Origin: Macrostomum lignano
Lineage: Eukaryota
DNA length: 64,000 nt
Reading direction: 5' to 3'
Assembly: GCA_002269645.1 (NCBI GenBank)
Contig: NIVC01002063.1
Span: forward strand, 144,257 to 208,256
The translations under genes and the position numbers were made by a program. Under the pieces are notes generated by a model. That model did no database searches, was not told the DNA's origin, and saw only the letters and a program-made list of their open reading frames with translations. This document shows, one piece after another, positions 1-11,378 of the stretch; within the stretch, counting starts at the first letter, position 1; each line of letters begins with the position of its first letter.

Positions 1-1199
1 ATTGCAACAGATAGTTGAATGCCATTTGTCTACTTATTCTAATAATGCATGATACAAGCAAACTTAATTTATTCAAAGAGAAAATAATAGCAATGTCCTA
101 GTTTCCCCCATTAAATATTTTTGACACCAGACTATTTGACAAAAAGCTAAAATATGTTTATTAATATTAAAAACAGCATTGTACTATGTAATAATAGGTC
201 ATCATTATACAAGAAGTTGCTAAAACACTTCTTTGGATAGAGTTGGCACCAGAGGAACTTGCTAAGATATGAGTAGAAAAGGCTGTCACTAGTGCCGTGC
301 TGGCTATAGGACTTTGCCTTCACTTGTACCTAAGTATTTTAATGATTTTTGTATCATATAAACAATTAGATTGTTTGGATCAACAAAATGCAGATGATAA
401 TTGACAAAATGTACAAAATATACAAAAAGGCATCTTGGATGCTAATATAAATTTTCCATGGATATTTCATTAAGCCATAACTCATTAATAGTATCAATAA
501 AGTTTATTACGTAAGGCCAATATAATATAGCTTAAAATGAGTTATGCATTCTGGCATGCATTCAAAATGAATAATCTTGACTAAAATATAGTTTATATTA
601 TAGGAGCTATATTATATACTATTTTCATAGTCAAAATGGCCTTTGCTATAGAAAGTTCTAATATAGAAAGGTCTCTAATATATTTAGTATATGGCTATAT
701 CGTACATTAAGGTTTCTAGCATGTTTAATATGACTTTTGAATGCAAATTTGACAAAAGAATAACTACCTATTTTAATCTAACTTATATTTTCAAACATAT
801 AATTTTAGTTAGCAGTCAAAAAAGATCCAACCTCAATCTTAAAAATACAGGATCCTAAAGGGTTGTTAAGATCCTAATCCCAATGATAGTACAAGTCAGG
901 AATTAGGATTACATTTTAAGTTTTTTTTCTTTGTAGAGCAACTTTTATTTTGAGCCCACTACTAAAATAATATATTGTTTTGTTTGTTTGGATCAACAAA
1001 AAGCTATAAAATAGTTGGCATTTTTGTCTTAGTATATTTAAATATTTAATGAAATTGATTTCCTAACAATATGATAACATAGAAAATTATCATTAGAATA
1101 TAAAATACTTTTCACTAGTCATTATAGAAGCTTGAGGATCATCAAGTTGGATTTCAGTCTTGTTCAATTACTAGCTTGGATTCTCTCTAGTAGAAGACT

Positions 1200-2700
1200 G
1201 TTTATTTTATAAAAAACAATGTTTTCAACCAATTTAAAAGACAGAAAGGCTTTTTTATTATTAGCAATGCTGAAAATGCATTTGCTCAACATTCTAGTTG
1301 CTGGGATGCAACGTAACCTTTGATAAGTAGAGTAACAACAACTATATTGGGCCTAGTATATTAGTAGATAAGTAGCTTATGGCTCTACTGATAACTCCAA
1401 ATATAGTTTTAAGCTGGTTCATGTAGCTTGCATTGAACTTGCAATTAAATTTATAATAGTGAATTCCAAAATCAATTTGCACATGAAGCTGCACTTTGAA
1501 GTTAGAGGCTCTTTCATTTTTACCATGTCATTTTTTTATCCTCAGCTGGCATGACTGCTATATTGGAGTGTGAATCTTGGTCCTTCAAGATCTTAGAAGC
1601 AACCATTGACTATAGATAGTCCCTCTGTTGATTGGAAAAAAAGCTAACTTGTGGTGCAGGTCAAAAATGGTTGCCAAGATACAGGATTTATGTTCAACAA
1701 TAAAGTCAAAAAAATACTTGCGCAGCAACTGGAGTAGAGAATCAATTATTGTCCCCATCTCACTGACTTGAGCTTGCTGCTTCTCAAGAAATCTCTGAAA
1801 TCTGGCTCACATCAAAATGAGATAAGAGATAATAGTTGTTTTTTGCTTAGTTACAAAGTTGCCTCCTCAACAGACGAGATCAACTTTTCAACAAGTGGGA
1901 ATTCTTTCTTAGTAAATTCTTCAACTTCTGATAGTCCAGCTATGAATGCATTGATTGCAGATTTTTGCTTTGCAAGGTGTCTTAGTATTTGTAGTAATGA
2001 GTTTTACCATTTTTATCAGCTTATTTTTAGGCATTTTTAGGCAGTTCTAGTTGTTCTTGGAGCTTCTTAAAGCATTTTTGATAGGGCTTCAGTAGTAGAT
2101 ATAAGCGTGTTCCATTCTTGCAATAACAAAGAATGAGATTATCAATTCCAAAGAATGAGATGATCAATTCCAAAGAATCCTAACTGAGCCACCCCAGAGA
2201 AAAATTATTGCATATCTGGCACACAATGGGTCTATTTATAGCATATGCTAAAAATGATGGCCCTAAAGAGTCCACTGTCATCAAGCCACAAGTCTATGGC
2301 CATAGACTGCTACTTCAGTGCTTCTTGAATAATAAGATTTATTTTGTAAGCTACACAACCAATGTTCAACTAATACCTATTCAATCAATATTTTGGTGCC
2401 AGGATTGTCAGCTGCCAAGTCATGTTTGACAGCTCAAGCATGCTGTTTGCACTGTTTTTTTCACAATGCTAACAGTTTTATTGTTGTAGATGTTAAACTC
2501 AATCATTAGCTTCAGCAGTAGGCTTACAACATTTATTGCAATGTGCACCTTTTCTATTAGCTTTATAGCTAGTGTAGTTTCAAGAAAGTTGAAGTCATTG
2601 TCCAAACCTTGCACCATAGGCTTAAGAAAGAATTGCTCATCTATAATCTCATTCTTAATTGTCTAGATGTCAAAAGTAATAGCTAAAAACTTAGTGTTTT
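1200..2700 (-). mobile_element. Degenerate hAT-superfamily (ZBED-like) transposase relic
   Basis: Minus-strand translation gives broken hAT motifs. LRCIPATRMLSKCIFSIA...LSFKLVENIVFL (~1318-1205) matches the C-terminal dimerisation motif LCIPATSVPSERxFS...LSxxxVExLVFL. ILATIFDL (~1681-1658) matches LATxLDPRFK, and EFNIYNNKTVSIV (~2500-2465) matches EFxIxxKVxxIV. There are many stops and frameshifts, and boundaries are approximate. Confidence 0.55.
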
Positions 2701-3632
2701 GCAAGTTTTTCAATACTTTCTCTAAAAAATGGCTTATTCAGTCATTATTATTTCTTCTTTGACGTTTTCTATTGCTTGGTTTTAATACTGTATTATATTA
2801 GAACAAGGCAACCTGTGCAGAGCCTTGCATAAGCTTTATAGCTAAGCTGCATAGTCTTTACAGACCCACAAAAGACCACATAAAGTAATTGCTTTTGCCT
2901 GTTATTGTGCAAGAATTTTCTTGTTCATATGTTGTCTTTGATAGTCTAGGCTATGCTATCCTAACAATAGCCTTTATTTTATTAATAAATCTTCTCTACC
3001 TATAAAAATCAAAACTCTGTCTTATATATATAAAGGCAATTAAAAAGATTAAGACAAGGGTTCTGTCTTGTTTTTTCATATCTGGAATGCCATATTATAT
3101 TTTATAAAAATATATTTATATCGAAAAATATATTTTCTGAAAGTATATATAGAAATCCTAGATTAATCTAGCATACAAAAAGTCTTATTTGCAAAAATAG
3201 TATACTGTATGTATACTTTGTTTTGGTTTATATTGCTATATGCAGTAAAATATTTTCAAATTGGAGAATGCATCTTTTGAATACCATAGTAAAGAAGCTA
3301 GCATTACATGGATTGCAAAACATTTTTTGATGGGTAATCTATATGGTATCTATTCATTTTTTGAGTATGAATCTTTGCAAAAATATTAAGAAATTAAATA
3401 TTTGAAAATGTGAGTTAAATTAACAAGTAACTATGTTTTATAACAAATTAATTTTTTCTACATTATATGAGGATTCTAATCTAGTATGCAAGAAGGTACT
3501 GACGTTGTAGTATTACTTCTGATTGTAGCTAATTGTTTGTAAATTGTAGACCCACACAATAGGTATTGCTGACAAAAATGACAAGTCCCTATAAGTTATT
3601 TTTTCATATTTTTATTTGTAGAATCAGACGAG

Positions 3633-6600
3633 ATGGTGTCTGGAATCCGCGGCAATGTTGGCCGATCAGAAAGCATGCGAACTGGCGCTGTAAGTAGTAA
3701 ATTTCGGACTGATAGTTTCAAATTAATTAAAGTTTTTTAGCCACAGTTGCTACTTAGTTAGTAGGCGCTTAAGAAAGTTGCATGACATAGTTCTTACTAA
3801 GCCGACGTGTAACCCTTGGTCTTGTCTGTCTATGAGTTGTCACGCTGTCGGAGCGTGTCTAGTGGGGTTGGCAGTTAAGTAAATAAGTGCACACTCGCTG
3901 TGTTGGGGCGGTGTCTGTTCTCATGAATGGCTTGGTGGGTGTGCTATGGGGGGCTACAGAGGGAATTCCCTCGGTTCTTAAGCGAAATTTGCTAGGCTGT
4001 ATTTTTTCTTTCTGTTCATTCACGCGCTCAGTGCGTGCTGCGCTTGGTTACAATAGAATATCTGGTTTAATCCAGTTGGCTTAAAGCTAACCCACACTTT
4101 TCCCGCGCTTTTTTGCTAGCACTAAAGCCTGTGACACTTTTAAGGCTGATGAGATTTTTGTGGCTATTTTAACAACAGACATTGAAATTGAATGACCAGA
4201 CAGTTTTATTGAATGACCAGACATAGGGATTGAATGAGCAGAAATAGGGATTGAATGAGCAGAAATAGGGATTGAAATGAGCAGAAATAGGGATTCTATG
4301 AGCAGAAATAGGGATTGAATGAGCAGAAATAGGGATTGAATGAGCAGAAATAGGGATTGAATGAGCAGAAATAGGGATTCTATGAGCAGAAATAGGGATT
4401 GAATGAGCAGAAATAGGGATTGAATGAGCAGAAATAGGGATTGAATGAGCAGAAATAGGGATTGAATGAGCAGAAATAGGGATTGAATGAGCAGAAATAG
4501 GGATTGAATGAGCAGAAATAGGGATTGAATGAGCAGAAATAGGGATTGAATGAGCAGACAACTGGCAATATTTTTAGTCGGTGGATTCTCACGACTCGGT
4601 CGGTGGCGGCTCGACTGGCAACGGAGGCAGCGGCGGCCCCGGCTCCAATGTGCGGCTGGGATTTGCTAATCTGCCCGATCAGATGCATCGCAAAGCGGTT
4701 AAGAAAGGCTTCAATTTCACTCTGATGGTGGTTGGCGAGAGCGGCTTGGGCAAGAGCACCCTGATTAGCAGCCTGTTCCAGCAGGACCTGTACAAGGACC
4801 GCGAGCTGGGCAGCGCCACAGAGAGAGTGAACAAGACTACTGAGATTGATAAGCGCCAAATTGAACTGGATGAGAAAGGCGTTAAACTGAGATTAACAGT
4901 TGTGGATACTCCCGGCTTTAATGACGCCATCAACTGTCAAGACTGCTGGCGTCCAATCGAAGACTATATTGACAATACGTTTGAGCAATATTTTAAAGAC
5001 GAATGCGGACTTAATCGGAAGAATATCGTCGATCATCGGGTACATTGTTGTCTGTATTTTGTTAGCCCCTGCGGCCACGGCCTCCGGCCTATCGATGTTG
5101 AACTCATGCGCCGTTTGCACTCCAAGGTTTGCGCTGGTTTGTTATGAATGTCTGACCTTCTTTACCCTCTCGACATCTATTCTGACCTTCTTTACCCTCT
5201 CAACATCTATTCTGACCCTATTTACCCTCTCGAAATCTATTCTGACCCTCTTTACCCTCTCGACATCTATTCTGACCCTCTTTACCCTCTCGACATCTAT
5301 TCTGACCCTATTTACCCTCTCGAAATCTATTCTGACCCTCTTTACCCTCTCGACATCTATTCTGACCCTCTTTACCCTCTCAACATCTATTCTGACCCTC
5401 TTTACCCTCTCGACATCTATTCTGACCCTCTTTACCCTCTCGACATCTATTCTGACCTTCTTTACCCTCTCGACATCTATTCTGACCCTCTTTACCCTCT
5501 CAACATCTATTCTGACCCTCTTTACCCTCTCGACATCTATTCTGACCCTCTTTACCCTCTCAACATCTATTCTGACCCTCTTTACCCTCTCGACATCTAT
5601 TCTGACCCTCTTTACCCTCTCAACATCTATTCTGACCCTCTTTACCCTCTCGACATCTATTCTGACCCTCTTTACCCTCTCAACATCTATTCTGACCCTA
5701 TTTACCCTCTCGACATCTATTCTGACCCTCTTTACCCTCTCGACATCTATTCTGACCTTCTTAACCCTCTCAACATCTATTCTGACCCTCTTTACCCTCT
5801 CGACATCTATTCTGACCCTCTTTACCCTCTCGACATCTATTCTGACCTTCTTAACCCTCTCAACATCTATTCTGACCCTATTTACCCTCTCAACATCTAT
5901 TCTGACCCTCTTTACCCTCTCGACATCTATTCTGACCTTCTTAACCCTCTCAACATCTATTCTGACCCTCTTTACCCTCTCAACATCTATTCTGACCCTC
6001 TTTACCCTCTCGACATCTATTCTGACCCTCTTTACCCTCTCAACATCTATTCTGACCCTCTTTACCCTCTCAACATCTATTCTGACCCTCTTTACCCTCT
6101 CAACATCTATTCTGACCCTACATTTACCCTCTCGACATCTATTCCGACCCTCCATTTACCCTCTCAACATCTATTCCGACCCTCCATTTACCCTCTCGAC
6201 ATCTTTTCTAACATTCTGTTTACCTCTCTACCTTCTCGACATCTCACTATAATTTCGCCATCCCCTCGATCAAATTGATCACAAGCAATCTCTTTTATCT
6301 CTCTTATCCCAATCCCACTAATCCCATCCTCCCAGGTGAACATAGTTCCAATCATAGCCAAGGCCGACACCCTGACCCAAGCCGAGCTGCGCGATTTAAA
6401 AGAGCGCGTGCTGGCCGACTTGGATCGGCACAAAATCCAGACCTACCGAATGCCCGACACCGACTCTGACGACGACGAAGAGACCCGACGTCAGGAGTCC
6501 GACATCCGGGCGTGCATTCCGTTCGCCGTGATTGGCAGCAACTGCGTGGTGGAGTCCGCGGATACTGGCCGGCGGACTCGGGGCAGGCAGTATCCTTGGG

Positions 6601-9046
6601 GCGTTGTGGAGGTGAGCGTGGGTCAGGATTGTCAGTTTTGGGTCATTATTGTCAGTTTTGGGTCAGAATTGTGAGTTTTGGGTCAGGACTGTCAGTTTTG
6701 GGTCATTATTGTCAGTTTTGGGTCAGAATTGTGAGTTTTGGGTCAGGACTGTCAGTTTTGGGTCATTATTGTCAGTTTTGGGTCAGGACTGTCAGTTTTG
6801 GGTCAGGATTGTCAGTTCTGGGTCAGGACTGTCAGTTTTGGGTCAGAATTGTCAGTTTTGGGTCAGGACTGTCAGTTTTGGGTCAGGATTGTCAGTTCTG
6901 GGTCAGGACTGTCAGTTTTGGGTCAGGATTGTCAGTTTTGGGTCAGGACTGTCAGTTTTGGGTCAGGATTGTCAGCATCTAATCACATTTCATTTCAGGT
7001 TGAAAATCCTAAGCATTGCGATTTCGCTAAACTGCGAATCTTCCTACTCGGCACTCACATGCAAGACCTCAAGGACATCACCAAGGAGGTGCACTACGAG
7101 AACTACAGGGCCAAGTACATCACGGAGCGAATGTCGAAACGAAAGGGGGCGGTTCGAGACGACTTCGAGACTAGAAAGTGAGATTAATTCTATTTCACGC
7201 TTACCCTTCTCTACCCTCTCATTACCCTCTTTCTCTCTCCTTACCCTCTCCTTGCCCTCTCTTCCCTCCCTTAACATTTCCTCTCCTTACCTCTCGTTAC
7301 CATCTTTACCCTCTCCTCACCCTGTTTACCCTTTTCTTACTTTCTTTCCATTTTCGTCTGTATAAATGGGATACTTAAAATTAAGCTACATTCATTTTCA
7401 ACAGCATTCTAGCCATGAAATAAATGCTATCGTTTTCATTGCAGAAGCAAGAACATAACCGAAGCCAATTTTGAAGCAATTGTGGACACCGAAGGTCTTC
7501 TAAAAGAAAAAGAAGACGAGGTTTGTAAATGATATTTTTTCACTTGAAAATTAAGTTCATGCATTGTCCTTTTGTTTAGCTGCATAAATGAATAGCAGTT
7601 AGCATTCATAAAAGCACGCTATTAGCGCGTGACAGACTGTGGCCCTGGCATTCCTGGGGAACCCTTTTTATATTCTAAAAATAGTACAAAACGTTTTGCG
7701 TGCGTGCGCGCCTCACGCGATCTTTCTAGGTGTAGTAGTACGTTTTTGACAGATTTTGCGAGTACTGGTTGTAGAGTACAAATTTTTTTGAACAAGTCCT
7801 AAAGTATATAGTTAAAGCGCTATTAAGGTGTTCTGCCCCGCTAAAGTATTTATGAAGTCTAGGAGTATGACGTATAAGCTTCGTCTGTAGTTGTTTCTTT
7901 TTATATTGAAACTACCGAAAATATAGAGCTGGTTTTCTAGAACTCTTGTAACTCTTTGAGGACTGCAATTAGGGGCTGAAGGGACGGGAATTAGGGGATA
8001 AAAGTTGAGAGAAATTAGGAGATAAAAGGAGATAATTTAGGGGATAAGAAGGAGAGGAATTAGGGGATGAAAGGAGATGAATTAGGGGATGAAAGGAGAC
8101 GAATTAGGGGATGAAAGGAGACGAATTAGGGGATGAAAGAGATGAATTAGGGGATGAAAGGAGATGAATTAGGGGATGGCGGAAGGGGAATTAAGGGATA
8201 AAAGGAGAGGAATTAGGGAATGAAGGGAGAGGAATGAAGAATGAAGGGAGGGGAATTTCGGAATGATGGGAGAGGAATTAGAGAATGAAGCAATAGGAAT
8301 TAGGGGATAAGAGGAGCGGAATTAGGGGATAAGAGGAGCGGAATTAGGGGATAAGAGGAGCGGAATTAGGGGATGAAAGGAGACGAATTAGGGGATGAAA
8401 GAGATGAATTAGGGGATAATAGGAGCGGAATTAGGGGATGAAAGAAGGGGAATTAGGGGATGAAGGGAGAGCTGCAATGAAGGATTTATAGATTAAGTTT
8501 AATAAGAACTCCAAAGAAACTTATAAATCAAATTTCCCCAGCCATTCAATGCACAATATCGGTTTTGTGAAAAAAAATTTCGCGTTTATTCGGTCGTACT
8601 TTTCTACCCCCCCCCCCTGGCTGCTTCCATAGTTTCACAGCGCCCTCTCTTATCTGCATGTCTGTTTGGGTTTTTTACCCTTGTAAACTTGGATCTATTC
8701 AGATTTGCTGAAAAGTTGCCTACAGCGAGCGGGGTGTTAATTTCCTTCATGCTACTGGTTAGGCTTGTGGTTTTTTTGTGGGATTTCTGCGGGTATTTTC
8801 TATTAAAAATATTTTCCTTCTTACAATTTTTGCCTACAGATACGTCGAATGCAGCAAATGTTGCAGCAATTTCAGCAGCAACAGCACTCTTCTGCTTCTG
8901 CTGCTGCTACTGTTCCAACATCCGTGTCTGCTGCTTCTGCAGCCGGGGATGCATCGGGTCACACTGCAGCTGCTGCCGTTGCTGCTTCTAATAGCGGCTC
9001 TGCTTCCGCGGCCGGAGTTCCCGCAGCCTCCGCCAACGGTCAATAA
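3633..9046 (+). CDS. Septin, SEPT2 group (SEPT1/2/4/5-like), 6 coding exons, ~447 aa
   Basis: Exons 3633-3689, 4578-5126, 6336-6611, 6999-7177, 7445-7520 and 8840-9046. All introns are GT-AG with compatible phases (0,0,0,2,0). Motifs: [34 protein letters not shown] (G1), DTPG (G3), AKAD (G4), [30 protein letters not shown], and the short C-terminal coil [12 protein letters not shown] typical of the SEPT2 group. Exon 1 is the least certain. Confidence 0.95.
4190..4558. repeat. 21-bp minisatellite (GAATGAGCAGAAATAGGGATT) in septin intron 1
   Basis: About 17 tandem copies read directly, ending ~19 nt before the acceptor. Confidence 0.95.
5150..6240. repeat. 30-bp minisatellite (TCTGACCCTCTTTACCCTCTCGACATCTAT) in septin intron 2
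   Basis: About 33 near-perfect copies plus a degenerate tail. It explains ORFs 4900-6252, 5142-6155 and 5148-6278. Confidence 0.97.
6620..6975. repeat. 20-bp minisatellite (GGTCAGGATTGTCAGTTTTG) in septin intron 3
   Basis: About 18 copies filling almost the whole 387-bp intron. Confidence 0.95.
7965..8480. repeat. Purine-rich ~20-22-bp degenerate minisatellite (GAATTAGGGGATGAAAGGAGA) in septin intron 5
   Basis: GAATTAGGGGAT core recurs at ~21-bp spacing. Confidence 0.9.
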
Positions 9047-9052
9047 TGATTG

Positions 9053-9058
9053 AATAAA
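9053..9058 (+). promoter_or_regulatory. Candidate polyadenylation signal AATAAA of the septin gene
   Basis: AATAAA 7 nt after the tandem TAA-TGA stop, followed by T/GT-rich sequence. Not verifiable without RNA data. Confidence 0.4.
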
Positions 9059-9254
9059 TTGAATTAAATGAGCTCTTTGCTTCTTTTGGGTTTGTTGAGA
9101 GTTTCGTTTGGCTTGCTGCTTGGTTACGAGTATATGCTTTTTAAATAGTATCTAGCGTTATATAAGCATAACTCACTGACTCATTTTATGCGCTTCTCTA
9201 GTCTTGAAAGGTTTGCATTTACGTTTATTAAATCACCTGTAGGCTGTAGCAATC

Positions 9255-9555
9255 TCCCAGATCCTCAGTTGCTGGGCCAGCCTCCCAGAGTGTCAGTTGC
9301 TGGGTCACCAGCCTCCCAGAGTGTCAGTTGCTGGGTCACCAGCCTCCCAGAGTGTCAGTTGCTGGGCCAGCCTCCCAGAGTGGCAGTTGCTGGGTCACCA
9401 GCCTCCCAGAGTGTCAGTTGCTGGGCCACCAGCCTCCCAGATCCCCAGTTGCTGGGTCACCAGCCTCCCAGAGTGTCAGTTGCTGGGCCAGCCTCCCAGA
9501 GTGGCAGTTGCTGGGTCACCAGCCTCCCAGAGTGGCAGTCGCTGGGCAGCCTGTT
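9255..9555. repeat. ~28-31-bp minisatellite (CTGGGTCACCAGCCTCCCAGAGTGTCAGTTG) downstream of septin
   Basis: About 10 copies; CACCAG-containing and shorter units alternate. Confidence 0.92.
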
Positions 9556-11378
9556 AAAGTGCTAGAGAAAAGTGCAGCTATCAGTTTATTAAGTATCTTA
9601 AGTGAGTAAGCAGCTTTAAGGCATTGAATGCATCTGCTATTTTACCGTGTTTTATTGGCCCAATACAAACTAGTACAATTAACTATTTTATTATAAAAGT
9701 ACATTGCAATAACAGCTTATATTTTTTACTTTCATTTTTCATCTTGCAATACCAAACAGCAGTAATCAATTTTTCGTTTAACTATTTAATTCATGTGTGC
9801 ATTAATTGCTTTTCAAACATTATTTTTTGTTTTACTGTTTGCCCTAATTTTTTTAACTTTATACGCTGTCCAATTATTGTAGGGGATTTTTATTCGTCTC
9901 TAAAAGTGCAAGCGTAATTAATGCTCCGTTCTGTTTTGTTTAAATGTCTAGTCACGTTGTTTTCTCTCATATTTAATTTGCCTAATCTAATACAATATAT
10001 AGTATAAGTGTCTTACCTAGTATTGTATTTTTATTGCTTCTTAAAGTACATCTTGCCCATTGTGCGTCGCTTTTTGTATTTACTAATTCTCTACAGCTGA
10101 TTAATAGTTTATGCATGAGTAATTGCTTATCAAGCTTACTGTTGTTACTTTTATTTATAAAATTGCGATTGCGCCACCTTGTACTGTCTGCTTTGCTTGG
10201 GTTAAACTGTATGAATAAATAATTGTTGCATCTCAATGATAACTATAATAAAATTTGCCCCTATAAGTGTTGTGGTCTTTATTCGCGCGCTAATCTGATT
10301 AAATATTGTGCCTAGCATTGCTTATGGACTTTAAATCTTAGAAGCCCAAGAAAGCGCCTAAATGCGTCGTGTTCTGAAACTTTCTCTTCTTCCTTTTTTG
10401 CACTTTGCCCGCTAAGTGCAACCACAGATGGGGTCGCCCCATGTGAAAATTCTGGACTGGACTTTGCTAGACAGGGCAAGGAAAAATCCATCTTTCCATA
10501 GCCTATATACTCTTAAATGGATTAACCTTTTTATTGCAAAACAGTGTTTTGGCTTTTTAGCGTCTGACCTCGCGTCATGGGACTCATAACAAGGTACAAA
10601 AACAAATGGATCATTTTGTTTGTGTTTTCAATAAATAGGTCTTTGCCGCTCTTAGCCGTTTTGTTTGCGTTTATTTTCCACGGAAAATTCTCTATGGCCT
10701 TCGGGTCGGAGGTGAAAAATTCCTTATTGGCGGTAATTAGACAGAGCAACAGATAGTGAGAGCGATGGTAATTGCCCACTGTGAGTAATAAACCCTGCAG
10801 CCTATGATGATGAAATGCTGTGCTGTAGCTATTTATAGTGTTGATAGAATCGTGCCCTGTACAAAGGGCACTAATGGGTGTGTTTTATTCCTGCATTGAG
10901 AACTGGACTATTCTGGAATTTCCCAGCTAGCGCAAGGCCTGGCTTGTACATACCCCAACCCCCCTCCCCCCACTTGTCCCCGCGGGCTGGCCTGTACATT
11001 AGCCACCAACCCCTCTGTCCCCGCGGGCAATGCGTGATTCCTTACCGCGGGGGTCGCGGTCGCTGTTGGCGCCGCTTGGGCTTTATAACACAGAATATAA
11101 GTATGATCCAACTGGCCTAGAGGAATTTCCCAGGCGTTGTCATGACTGCCAAGGTCGTTTTAATGTGGTATTTCGGGTAAATGGCGGTTTGCCTGCATTG
11201 AAATTCCTCCGACCCCACCCCACTCCCGGCTTCGGATGTCTATTTATTGAGCAGCTCCGGCCCGGGGCCAGAATCGTCTCTTGCTTTCTAAACGATCAGC
11301 TTCTGGTCTACGCACTACTAACGTAATCACCGATTTCTTAGCATCGAATTCGTAGCTTCCTAAAAATCAGACAGACAC

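Noticed and set aside
4581-4583. GTG start of the septin as given in the ORF track
   Set aside because: An in-frame acceptor at 4576-4577 and an ATG exon at 3633-3689 explain the 5' end. GTG/TTG starts in the track are not meaningful for this eukaryote.
4900-6278. Long ORFs of 337-450 aa on both strands
   Set aside because: They are translations of the stop-free 30-bp intronic repeat and lie within a GT-AG intron of the septin.
9255-9555. Resemblance of CAGCCTCCCAGAGTG to primate Alu sequence
   Set aside because: Only a short motif inside a tandem unit; there is no Alu body or poly-A tail.
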